From positions 1 through 43,089 of the IMG/VR virus record IMGVR_UViG_3300042934_000110: a stretch of 43,089 bases of DNA; one strand, given 5' to 3'. Made by a program: the position numbers and the translations under genes. Source of the DNA: a virus. Under the pieces are notes generated by a model. The model did no database searches. It was not told the DNA's origin and worked only from the letters and a program-made list of their open reading frames with translations. Of this stretch, positions 22,318-30,822 are shown one piece after another. Positions within the stretch are counted from its first letter, which is position 1; each line of letters begins with the position of its first letter.

Positions 22318-23576
22318 GAGACAAGAACAAGTTTCGCACGTTGCTTGGCGCTGTACCGTTGGAGATGTTGGGCCAGGAAGCTAACCTTATTATCGGGTGG
22401 TACAAGCTGTACTGGGACAACTACAAGGGGCACGAGTTCTTGGACGTGGACGCCCTGGAGTCCCTGATTAAGCTGCGTTCTGGGTACCCTGCGGAGACGC
22501 TGGGGCTCGTCATGCGCTTGACCGGCATGCTACGTAAGCCTATCGAACAAGCGACCCTGGACGGCATTGTAGGCCAGCTCACAGAGTTGGACCTAGCGGG
22601 CCGTGCCGGGGCGTTGATTGCCCGGCACGCGGCGGGTGAGGATATCAACTTGCCGTATGAGCTGCATAAGCTCACATCGTCCGCCAAGGAACGTATGACG
22701 CAGGGCAGCGCCCATGAGTGGATCGACAGGGACGTGGTGTCCATCCTTGAGGAGGAGGCCGGGGACCATGGTATCAAGCTGCCTACGCTGCTGCTGTCGC
22801 AGAGCATCAAGGGCTTGCTTGGCGGGGCCAGCGTTGCGGTAGCGGCCCGGCCCGACAAGGGCAAGACGTCTCTACTCGCAGCTATCCTGACGCACGCCGC
22901 CCCACAGTTGCCGAACTACTTCGATGAAGACCGCCCGATTCTGTGGCTGAACAACGAGGGCCGAGGCTGCCGCATCATCCCGCGTGTGTACCAAGCGGCC
23001 TTGGATTGCAACGTTGACCAGCTGTACGCCAAGTCTAACGCCGGGGTGCTGGTGCCCGAGTACATCGCCAAGGTAGGAAGGCGCGACCGTATCCGCATCA
23101 AGGATATGCACGGCGCCACACTGCCGGAGCTGGAGCAGGTTATCGAGGCTATGAAGCCCGCTATTGTGTGTTGCGACATGGTGGCGAACTACCGGCTCCC
23201 TGGCGGTGGTGGCGGTGGGAACAAGACGGACGAGGTCGAGGAGAAGTGGATACAGCTTCGTGAGATGGCTGTACGTCACGACTTCATCCACTTCGGTACC
23301 ATCCAAGTTTCCAACGAAGGTGGCGACATGCTGTACCCCGCTTACTCCGCGCTCAAGGATTCCAAGACCGGCGTGCAGGGTGCGACAGACGTAATCCTCA
23401 TGATGGGCGCCATGGATGACCCCAAGATGCAGAGTCTTCGCGGTCTGAGTACCCCGAAGAATAAATTCGCCTTACCCGGCAAGCAATCGCATGTACAGGG
23501 TGAGGTTTACTTTGACGCGGCTAACTGCCAATTCCGTGATGGTGCGGAAGGGTACAGCCCACAGAAGGTAGTTTGA
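22314..23576 (+). CDS. Replicative DNA helicase (DnaB/T7 gp4 helicase-domain type)
   Basis: Walker A ARPDKGKTSLL and RecA-like core. The start is uncertain (TTG 22314 overlapping the primase stop, or ATG 22365). Confidence 0.85.
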   Translation: MRDKNKFRTLLGAVPLEMLGQEANLIIGWYKLYWDNYKGHEFLDVDALESLIKLRSGYPAETLGLVMRLTGMLRKPIEQATLDGIVGQLTELDLAGRAGALIARHAAGEDINLPYELHKLTSSAKERMTQGSAHEWIDRDVVSILEEEAGDHGIKLPTLLLSQSIKGLLGGASVAVAARPDKGKTSLLAAILTHAAPQLPNYFDEDRPILWLNNEGRGCRIIPRVYQAALDCNVDQLYAKSNAGVLVPEYIAKVGRRDRIRIKDMHGATLPELEQVIEAMKPAIVCCDMVANYRLPGGGGGGNKTDEVEEKWIQLREMAVRHDFIHFGTIQVSNEGGDMLYPAYSALKDSKTGVQGATDVILMMGAMDDPKMQSLRGLSTPKNKFALPGKQSHVQGEVYFDAANCQFRDGAEGYSPQKVV

Positions 23577-23577
23577 T

Positions 23578-23946
23578 ATGGGCAAGTCTGATGGTGTAAT
23601 GCAAGTTACTGACGAACAAGGGCGACGTGGTGCCGGGCGTACTATGGCTACCCTCCTGGCCGCCCAGTTGTGGGCTTTGGATCACGACGTTGCGGTGTTC
23701 ACGGACGGCTCCGTCCAGAACGCCAAGTGGTTGGCGTCACTGCACCCTAGGGTAGCGCAGCGTATTAGTGTTATCCATGCGCGTACCCTGGAGGAAGTTG
23801 AGAACCGCCTACTTGGTACCCGGTTCGGCAAGGTGTTCGTGGACCATGCCATTGTCGAGCGCTCGGAGGATGAGTTAGAGCGCCGTATCCGGGCCCTCCG
23901 TGATAACCACAAGCATCAACTACGCGACAAGGAAACCATTCGATGA
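23578..23946 (+). CDS. Hypothetical protein (122 aa)
   Basis: Lies between helicase and ligase. Contains GRRGAGRT (Walker-A-like, with Arg in place of Lys). Confidence 0.65.
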   Translation: MGKSDGVMQVTDEQGRRGAGRTMATLLAAQLWALDHDVAVFTDGSVQNAKWLASLHPRVAQRISVIHARTLEEVENRLLGTRFGKVFVDHAIVERSEDELERRIRALRDNHKHQLRDKETIR

Positions 23947-24920
23947 GCAAGGTTAAACCACGGGTACTTCCCGTAAAGGCACACCGCGCAGTCGATTGGA
24001 ACGAGAAGGCCATCCGCAAGGTGATCGCCGAGCGTGGGTATGTCTTAGCCGGTATCAAGGTGGACGGCATGCGCTGTCACGTCTTGAAGATCGACGGCGA
24101 GGTGGTGTTCCTAACCCGCGCTGGTATCGAGATTTCTGCCCTGTCGCCGTACAAATCGCAGTTCGCGGACGCATGGCAAAAGAACTGGGCCCTAACGGAT
24201 GAACTCGTGTTGGATTGCGAGGTTTGGATTCCTTCGATGAACTTCGAAGAGGGTGGCGGTATGCTTCGCCGAGACGACCCAATCGCCCTCGGCCTCGTGC
24301 AGTTCGTGGTGCTGGACATTATCAGCAAGGGCCAGCTCTGTGCAGAGCCGCAGGACCTGACCGCCGCGTACGTGGCCCGGCACACCGGCATCGTTGGGCG
24401 GTTCTCGTCCGTGTTCGGGGAGCGGAACCTCGACCTTATGGTATCCGAGGCGCTGGCTAAGGTGACCGATATTGCCGACCTGCCCCGCATCTACGGTGTA
24501 TCTCGGCAGATGGGTTTCGAGGGTCTGGTAGTCAAGGACCCATCCCTCGCTCCACGGAACGGCAAGGTGTCCGGGATGTGGAAGGTCAAGCCGGGCTGTG
24601 GTGCAGAGTTTGCGCCAGGGTGGGAAGGTGACGGTAAGATCGTGGGCTACGTCTGGGGCGATGATGCCAAGGCAAACGCCGGTAAGATCGTGGGTTTCCG
24701 TGTGGCACTGGAGGACGGGACGGAGGTTAACGCCACGGGGCTGACCCAAGCACTTATGGATAAGATGACCCACGTCTTTAAGTCCAACTTTACCAAAGAC
24801 GCGTACATGGGCCGCTATGTTGAAGTCACCGCCATGGAAAAGACCGCAGGCGGCTCCCTCCGGCACCCGTCCTTCCGCAGATTCCGCGACCTCGATAGCG
24901 CACAAGGGGCAAAGTGCTAG
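23943..24920 (+). CDS. ATP-dependent DNA ligase
   Basis: KVDGMR (KxDG adenylation motif), EGLVVKDP and WKVKP motifs. Confidence 0.9.
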   Translation: MSKVKPRVLPVKAHRAVDWNEKAIRKVIAERGYVLAGIKVDGMRCHVLKIDGEVVFLTRAGIEISALSPYKSQFADAWQKNWALTDELVLDCEVWIPSMNFEEGGGMLRRDDPIALGLVQFVVLDIISKGQLCAEPQDLTAAYVARHTGIVGRFSSVFGERNLDLMVSEALAKVTDIADLPRIYGVSRQMGFEGLVVKDPSLAPRNGKVSGMWKVKPGCGAEFAPGWEGDGKIVGYVWGDDAKANAGKIVGFRVALEDGTEVNATGLTQALMDKMTHVFKSNFTKDAYMGRYVEVTAMEKTAGGSLRHPSFRRFRDLDSAQGAKC

Positions 24921-25384
24921 ACCGCCTGCGGCTCGACCCGCTGACCGGGTACTTGTTCTGGACCTATGCGGCGCGTCGAAACCAGCGGGCGGGTACAGTA
25001 AACGCGGATGGTTATCGGGTGCTGCAAGTGCGCAGGCGGGAGGTGCTAGCACATCGAGCGGTTTGGTTCCTTTACTACGGCCATTGGCCCAGGACACAGC
25101 TAGACCACATCAACGGCGACCGGGACGACAACCGCCCGGTTAACCTGCGAGAGGCTACAGCAGTACAGCAGATGCAAAATCGGGCTATGCCCAAATCAAA
25201 CACGAGCGGCGTGCACGGTGTGACGTGGAACAGGGTGGCGGGTAAATGGCAGGCATCTATTAAGGTGTCCGGTAAGAACCACCACCTTGGCGTATTCCAC
25301 AACATCGAAGACGCAGCCACCGCCCGGCGCAACGCAGAGTTGCGTTTTGGCTTCCACCCTAACCACGGGAGACTAAAGGCATGA
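24914..25384 (+). CDS. HNH homing endonuclease with AP2-like DNA-binding domain
   Basis: LDHINGDRDDNRPVNLREA (HNH core) followed by SGVHGVTWNRVAGKWQASIKVSGKNHHLGVFHNIEDAATARR (AP2 fold signature). The GTG start overlaps the ligase stop. Confidence 0.85.
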   Translation: MLDRLRLDPLTGYLFWTYAARRNQRAGTVNADGYRVLQVRRREVLAHRAVWFLYYGHWPRTQLDHINGDRDDNRPVNLREATAVQQMQNRAMPKSNTSGVHGVTWNRVAGKWQASIKVSGKNHHLGVFHNIEDAATARRNAELRFGFHPNHGRLKA

Positions 25385-25638
25385 AACGGTTGTTAGCGTT
25401 CTTTCACTACCCAGAACCCGGACCGGCTCGCGGTTTACACCTGATTCATAGGGCAGGAGAGGAGCCGAGGTATGGTGGTGTGCTACCGGCAGCGTATTAC
25501 CACACCTTCGGCCTCTTACTGAACCTCAGTTCCATGTGGATCGGTGCACATTACAGCCCAGCGCATAAGCGTTTGTGCGTTAACCTTCTGCCCTGCGTAA
25601 CGCTGTGGTGGACCAAGCCCGGAGGACAGTTGCCGTGA
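25381..25638 (+). CDS. Hypothetical protein (85 aa)
   Basis: ATGA overlap with the HNH gene and GTGA overlap with the DNA polymerase. Confidence 0.55.
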   Translation: MKRLLAFFHYPEPGPARGLHLIHRAGEEPRYGGVLPAAYYHTFGLLLNLSSMWIGAHYSPAHKRLCVNLLPCVTLWWTKPGGQLP

Positions 25639-27992
25639 GAATCCGTATCCTCGATTTGGAGACTCAAAACCACCCGTACCTGGGCGCTGTAGCTTCGGCG
25701 CACTGCCCAGACAACTACATCGTTATGGCCGGTTGGCGCGACGATGTAGACGGGGTGCCTGGGCTCGTGGAGCATCGGCACTTCCTGAACCAAGCCGACG
25801 CGGACGATACTGCGTGGTTCAACCTCGACGGCGTAGACCTCATGGTCTGTCATAGCGCGATGTATGAGCTGTCGTGGTTCATCACCCGGTACCGTGAGGA
25901 GTTGTTGAAGTTCCTGAAACGCGGCGGGCGCGTGTTGTGCACACAGCTCGCAGAGTACCTGTGCAGCCACCAGACGTGGACGTACCCGGCACTCAACGAG
26001 GTGGCGCAGAAGCACGGCGGTACGCCGAAGGTGGACGGTGTTAAGATGCTCTGGGAACAGGGCGTGCTTACTGCGGACATCGACCCGGCGTTGTTGAGCG
26101 AATACCTCATCGGCCCAAGCGGCGACATCGAGAACACCGCCCGAGCGTTCTACGGCCAGATGCAGTACCTTACCCAGATGGGCATGTGGCGCATGTTCCT
26201 TGAGCGCTGCGAGGGTATGGTGTGCTTCGCGTTCTGCGAGGCGGCAGGGCTGTACGTTAACAAGGAAGTCGCCGAGCGTAACCAAGCGGAGCAGCTTAAA
26301 GAGCTGGACGAAATCAACGCCGAGATTGAGAAGCTGTTGCCTGTACTCCCTGATACGTTCGAGTGGAACTGGGGCAGTGACTTCCATATGTCGGCGCTGT
26401 TGTTCGGCGGGGAGGTGAAGTACCAAGAGCGTGTGCCGCGTACGGATGCGGAAGGTAACGTGATGTACGAGAAGGTGGATTGTTATGCCTTCGGTAAAGG
26501 AGAGGACGCGGAGTATGTCCCACTGGCCTTGTTCGACAACGTAGATGGCCCGGCGCTGTTCAGTCAGTACGTAGACAACTTCGGCAACGCTGATCGTTAC
26601 AGCGCCGGTAAGAACAAGGGCCAGTTGAAGCCGCATAAGGTCGTGACGGATACGCCACAGACCAAATGGGCCGACACCACGTTCAAGTTTCCCGGCCTGC
26701 TACCTATCGCAGCAATGCCCAAGGTGCTCGCGGACAAGTTCGCCTTTGACCCGAACGCCCGCCGTAATGGGGAGTACGTCGGTAAAAGGTTCTTGCCCTG
26801 CGGTACTCCGGTGTACAGCACCAGCGGCGAAGTGTTAACGGCGTTAAGTGTTCACGGCTTCGAGGCTGGTAAGTTGCTCAGTCGTAAGGCTACCCTGGAC
26901 AAGGACAACGGCACGTATTACATCTCGCATGAGTACAACGCGGACGGGTCCATCAAGAAGACCAAGGGCATGCTCCAGTACGTCGGCCCGGACAACATCA
27001 TCCACCACAGCTTGAACTGCACCGCGACATCAACCGGGCGCCTGTCGTCCAGTAACCCGAACCTGCAAAACCTGCCGCGTGATGGTACGTCGAAGGTGAA
27101 GCAGATGTTTACGTCCCGCTTCGGCGATGACGGGGTGATTATCGAGGTGGACTACAGCGCCTTGGAGGTTGTGATGTTGGCGGGGCTGTCCGGGGATCAG
27201 GCGCTACTTAAGCACTTGATCAACGGGGACGACATGCACTGTCTGCGCCTCGCTGCCAAGCTCAAGGAGCCGTATGCGTCCGTCTTGGAGAAGTGCACGA
27301 ACCACGACCACCCGGACCACAAAGCGTACAAACAGATGCGGACGGACATAAAACCGCCGTCTTTTGCTGCGCAGTACGGGGCGTCGGCGCAAGGGATTGC
27401 GTTTGCTACTGGGGTGAGCCTGGAGTACGCCGAGGAATTCTTAGCCGAGGAAGCGAAGCTGTTCCCCCGTGCGATTGCGTTCCGCGACGTGGTGTACAAG
27501 GAAGTTTGCAAGACCGGCGCCCTACCCCAGGGCCTGTGCCGGGAGCAAGACGACGCCGGGAACTTCCGCGTGTACCGACGCGGGTACTACCAAGCCGATG
27601 GCGGCACCTGCTACAGCTTCCGCCAGTTCGACGTGTGGAACCCCGAGACCCGCCGCCGCGAGTTGGACTACAAGCCTACCCAAATCGCCAACTATTGGTG
27701 CCAGGGTGAGGCCGGGTATCTCATGACGTTGAGTGCTGGGCGTGTAATGCGCTGGGCCATTCAGCATCCTGAGTTCCTGCGCAAGTTCTTCATCATCAAC
27801 AACGTGCATGACGCCCTGTACTTCGACTGTCATAAGGACGTGTTCCGCGAGGTCGGCTTAGCTGCTAAGGCCATCTTGGAAGACGCCCCGTTGTATATGT
27901 CGCGAGAGCTTGGCTACAACATCTCGCACGTCCCGTTCCCTGCTGTTGCCGAGGCAGGGCCATCCATGTATGCAAAGGAAGTAATTCAATGA
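25635..27992 (+). CDS. DNA polymerase, family A (with N-terminal 3'-5' exonuclease domain)
   Basis: GTG 25635 with GGAGGA 8 nt upstream. ILDLETQN (Exo I), DYSALEVVMLAGLSGD (motif A), RTDIKPPSFAAQYGAS (motif B), VHDALYFD (motif C). Confidence 0.92.
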   Translation: MRIRILDLETQNHPYLGAVASAHCPDNYIVMAGWRDDVDGVPGLVEHRHFLNQADADDTAWFNLDGVDLMVCHSAMYELSWFITRYREELLKFLKRGGRVLCTQLAEYLCSHQTWTYPALNEVAQKHGGTPKVDGVKMLWEQGVLTADIDPALLSEYLIGPSGDIENTARAFYGQMQYLTQMGMWRMFLERCEGMVCFAFCEAAGLYVNKEVAERNQAEQLKELDEINAEIEKLLPVLPDTFEWNWGSDFHMSALLFGGEVKYQERVPRTDAEGNVMYEKVDCYAFGKGEDAEYVPLALFDNVDGPALFSQYVDNFGNADRYSAGKNKGQLKPHKVVTDTPQTKWADTTFKFPGLLPIAAMPKVLADKFAFDPNARRNGEYVGKRFLPCGTPVYSTSGEVLTALSVHGFEAGKLLSRKATLDKDNGTYYISHEYNADGSIKKTKGMLQYVGPDNIIHHSLNCTATSTGRLSSSNPNLQNLPRDGTSKVKQMFTSRFGDDGVIIEVDYSALEVVMLAGLSGDQALLKHLINGDDMHCLRLAAKLKEPYASVLEKCTNHDHPDHKAYKQMRTDIKPPSFAAQYGASAQGIAFATGVSLEYAEEFLAEEAKLFPRAIAFRDVVYKEVCKTGALPQGLCREQDDAGNFRVYRRGYYQADGGTCYSFRQFDVWNPETRRRELDYKPTQIANYWCQGEAGYLMTLSAGRVMRWAIQHPEFLRKFFIINNVHDALYFDCHKDVFREVGLAAKAILEDAPLYMSRELGYNISHVPFPAVAEAGPSMYAKEVIQ

Positions 27993-28207
27993 TGCTGAAC
28001 CACAACGCGGATTGTCCGGCTGCCCTGGGGCCGTCCTGCACCTATGGTAGGAACGCCGCCCACCGCTTCGGTGCGGCTTTCCGTAACGGGTCGGTAGGAT
28101 TGCACGCCTATGTAGGCGGGCAACTTACGTACCACAACGTGAAGTGCAGCACCTACCGCAAAGCACAACGTAAATTGATTCAATGGCTCAAAGGATACAA
28201 CGTATGA
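27989..28207 (+). CDS. Hypothetical protein (72 aa, Cys-containing)
   Basis: ATGA overlap with the polymerase stop. Confidence 0.55.
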   Translation: MMLNHNADCPAALGPSCTYGRNAAHRFGAAFRNGSVGLHAYVGGQLTYHNVKCSTYRKAQRKLIQWLKGYNV

Positions 28208-29238
28208 CCCAGCTTACTAAACTGCAACAACTCAAGGCCCAGGCGGAAGCCAACGTCGCTGTGTCCTCGGTGGACATGTCCGAAGTTAGCAAGGGTGGTG
28301 GTGCTCGTCGCCTGTTCCCTGCGGGCATGGCGTACGCCCGGATGATTCGTTACATCGAGTTCGGCAACCACCCTCGCGAGTTCGGTGGCGTGGCGAAAGC
28401 ACCGGCCCCCGTTGTGCGCATCGCGTTCGCCCTGTGGGGCGATGCCGACCCGCTGAACCCCGGCCAAGAGGGTAACCAGTACCACCACGTCCACGAGGGC
28501 GTGGTTAAGCCGGGGATTATCAGCTCGTTCGACCTGACCCTGGGCAACAACGAGAAATCCAAAACCAAGATCGCGTTCGACCGCATGAACTGGCGTGGCG
28601 GCTCCAAGAACTTCGCCCAGTTCGTTGGCGAACCGTTCCTAGTGCCTATCCTCATCAAGAAGGGCGCCAAGGCCGACAGCAAGCCATACAACGAGATTGA
28701 CTGGAAGAACATTCTTCCACCATTCGACCCGATGACTCGCCAGCCGTATGCCATCCCAGAAGCAGCGGATGAGCTGTACCAATTGTTCCTGTGGGATAGC
28801 CCGAATAAGGCGGCGTGGGACGAACTGTTCATCGACGGCAAGAACGACGACGGGAAGTCGAAGAACTTCTTGCAGGCCAAGTGCCTGGAGGCCCTGAACT
28901 TCCGTGGCTCTGCCCTAGAGCAGATGCTTGGCGGCGCCCTGCCGGACCTGAGCGGCGGCGTGGAAGGCGAGACCGATCCAGACGAGCAGACCGGCGCAGG
29001 TGAGGCTAGCACCCCCGTAACGGCAGTGCCAGCGGTTCCCGGCGTACCCAACGCTTCGGCTGTTGCCGGTCTGCCGGGTGTCCCTACCTCGCTGCCTGAC
29101 GTGCCTTTTGACGGCGGCGTGGCGGTTGCCGCTACTGTGGCAACGGCTGCCCCGGCAAACGTTCCTACGCCTACCACAGCGGCTCTCCCAGGTATGCCGG
29201 GCGTACCTTCCCTGGCGGGTATCCCTGGCCTGTCGTGA
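28204..29238 (+). CDS. Conserved hypothetical replication-module protein (344 aa) with C-terminal PG(V/M/I)P repeat tail
   Basis: ATG 28204 (ATGA overlap, AAGGAT RBS). The last ~80 aa are Pro/Ala/Val-rich with VPGVP, LPGVP, LPGMPGVP and IPGLS repeats. Confidence 0.7.
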   Translation: MTQLTKLQQLKAQAEANVAVSSVDMSEVSKGGGARRLFPAGMAYARMIRYIEFGNHPREFGGVAKAPAPVVRIAFALWGDADPLNPGQEGNQYHHVHEGVVKPGIISSFDLTLGNNEKSKTKIAFDRMNWRGGSKNFAQFVGEPFLVPILIKKGAKADSKPYNEIDWKNILPPFDPMTRQPYAIPEAADELYQLFLWDSPNKAAWDELFIDGKNDDGKSKNFLQAKCLEALNFRGSALEQMLGGALPDLSGGVEGETDPDEQTGAGEASTPVTAVPAVPGVPNASAVAGLPGVPTSLPDVPFDGGVAVAATVATAAPANVPTPTTAALPGMPGVPSLAGIPGLS

Positions 29239-30215
29239 GGCTGTTTAAAGGTGTGGATCTGGACGCGCTCCCCGCGCAGTTCGATCCACGCGCACCGGGT
29301 AAGCGTACCCTGATTCTTGACGGCGACGGCCCTTGTTACCGCGCCGTCACGACAGCCAAGACGCTACCCACCGCTATGCGGCGGTTCGTCCAGCTCGTGT
29401 TGGAGATTCAATTCCTGACGAACTGTTCGGACGTGCGTATCCACCTAACAGCCAAGGGGAGCCGTAAGGCAGACCGCAAGCTGTACCCGACGTTCTGGCC
29501 GTACCAAGACAAGCGGAACTCGGCGAGTAAGCCTAAACCGCCGCTCTTGGAACCTCTCAGGCAGGCCGTATACGACGCCCTGCAACGCGAGACGGGCGAG
29601 CTTCCAAACGAGTGGTGGTGCGAGTTGCACAACTACTGGGAAGCGGATGACGGCATCATCATGGACAGTGTCCGGCTCATGGACGACGCCGTGGTGTGGT
29701 CCGAGGACAAGGACATGCGCCTCGCCCCCGGCCCGTACTTCGAACTAAAAACCGGCATGACTGACTTTCTCGACAACCGTTACGGGTGGATCGGTGAGGC
29801 ATTCACTGACGCAGGGGAGCTCAAGGTCATAGGGCACGGTACCAAGTTCTTCTGGGCGCAGATGCTCATGGGTGACAGCGCAGACCGTGTGCGCGGCCTG
29901 GACCGGTACAACGGGAAGTTAATCGCTGAGCGTGGCGCGCTGGATGTGCTGCAACCGATCATGGATGAGAGCGAGGCGGCGAACCATGTACTTGCAGCCT
30001 ATGCAAGACACGGGCAGAACCCGTTAGCGGAGGCCGAGATGATGTGGTTACGTCGGTCCAGCACCGACAGCGCGCATCGTTACATCACAGAGCTGGACCT
30101 GTTGCCGCCACTCAGGCAGTGGATGGACGACCTGCACGGCTACCACCAAGAAGTGCTGACTATCCGCCGTGCCGAGAAGCTGGAGCGGGAACAGGAGGCC
30201 GAGGACGATGAATGA
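29235..30215 (+). CDS. 5'-3' exonuclease (T7 gp6 / FEN-like)
   Basis: LILDGDGPCYRA and YWEADDGII acidic metal-binding motifs. Synteny supports the call. Confidence 0.85.
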   Translation: MRLFKGVDLDALPAQFDPRAPGKRTLILDGDGPCYRAVTTAKTLPTAMRRFVQLVLEIQFLTNCSDVRIHLTAKGSRKADRKLYPTFWPYQDKRNSASKPKPPLLEPLRQAVYDALQRETGELPNEWWCELHNYWEADDGIIMDSVRLMDDAVVWSEDKDMRLAPGPYFELKTGMTDFLDNRYGWIGEAFTDAGELKVIGHGTKFFWAQMLMGDSADRVRGLDRYNGKLIAERGALDVLQPIMDESEAANHVLAAYARHGQNPLAEAEMMWLRRSSTDSAHRYITELDLLPPLRQWMDDLHGYHQEVLTIRRAEKLEREQEAEDDE

Positions 30216-30394
30216 ACTCCCAACCCTCACGCAACTACTCCCAAGACGTGAAGCGAGCCTACCTAGCCCTGTGGTGGACGCTGCACAAGGAGGCATACTT
30301 GTATCGTCGCCCGCCGAACAAGCTGCGCCCCTCAACGCGGAAGTACCTCGCCAAGTTGCTCAAGTACCGGATGCGGGCAAGAACCGGACGCTAA
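30212..30394 (+). CDS. Small basic hypothetical protein (60 aa)
   Basis: ATGA overlap with the exonuclease stop and GAGGA 6 nt upstream. Third-position GC is clearly higher than in the competing frame of the 30169 ORF over the same bases. Confidence 0.6.
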   Translation: MNSQPSRNYSQDVKRAYLALWWTLHKEAYLYRRPPNKLRPSTRKYLAKLLKYRMRARTGR

Positions 30395-30414
30395 AGCCAA
30401 TCCCACGCACGAAC

Positions 30415-30822
30415 ATGAAAGCCATGACCGTTAAGATTCTCAAGGATCAAGGCGGGCTGTGTCTGTTGTGCAAGTGCCGGATTGACCTGAGCATTCCCAA
30501 GGAGGGGTGCCTTGACCACGACCACGAGAGTGGCGAGGTACGCGGTGTGCTGCACCGGAGCTGCAACGCAGCCGAAGGCAAGGTAGCCAACGCGGCAGGA
30601 CGCTGGGGCGCTAAGGGTATGAGTTACGAGCTAATCGTGCCCTGGCTGGAAAACCTCCTGGCGTACTACAAAGGCGAGGGCACCGGGTACATGTACCCCG
30701 GCCATAAATCCCCGGAACAGAAGGCAGTCGCGGCACGGTTGAAGCGGAACACCCGCGCAGCCGAGAAGCGGGCGTCTACGAAGGTCCGGTCTATGTCATT
30801 CAAACCAAAGGTAGACCAATGA
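30415..30822 (+). CDS. Recombination endonuclease VII (Holliday junction resolvase)
   Basis: GGLCLLCKCRIDL...CLDHDHESGEVRGVLHRSCNAAEGK matches the Endo VII zinc/catalytic motif. The start was moved to ATG 30415 because the upstream part of the ORF has non-coding-like codon statistics. Confidence 0.8.
   Translation: MKAMTVKILKDQGGLCLLCKCRIDLSIPKEGCLDHDHESGEVRGVLHRSCNAAEGKVANAAGRWGAKGMSYELIVPWLENLLAYYKGEGTGYMYPGHKSPEQKAVAARLKRNTRAAEKRASTKVRSMSFKPKVDQ

Noticed and set aside
25551-26636. 361-aa minus-strand ORF, and similar ones at 24192..25097, 31116..31910, 37393..38376 and 38747..39727
   Set aside because: All lie antisense to genes with unambiguous catalytic or structural motifs (polymerase, ligase, exonuclease, portal/scaffold, capsid). 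They are open only because stop codons are depleted in GC-rich DNA.
30169-30822. 217-aa version of endonuclease VII, together with the upstream-extended ORF-track starts for Rz (10940), primase (21322), tail tubular B (40363), polymerase (25605), 15318, 14563 and 28183
   Set aside because: In each case the extension overlaps the preceding gene or a better-supported alternative frame. An internal start with an RBS or a stop-start overlap gives the expected protein N-terminus.
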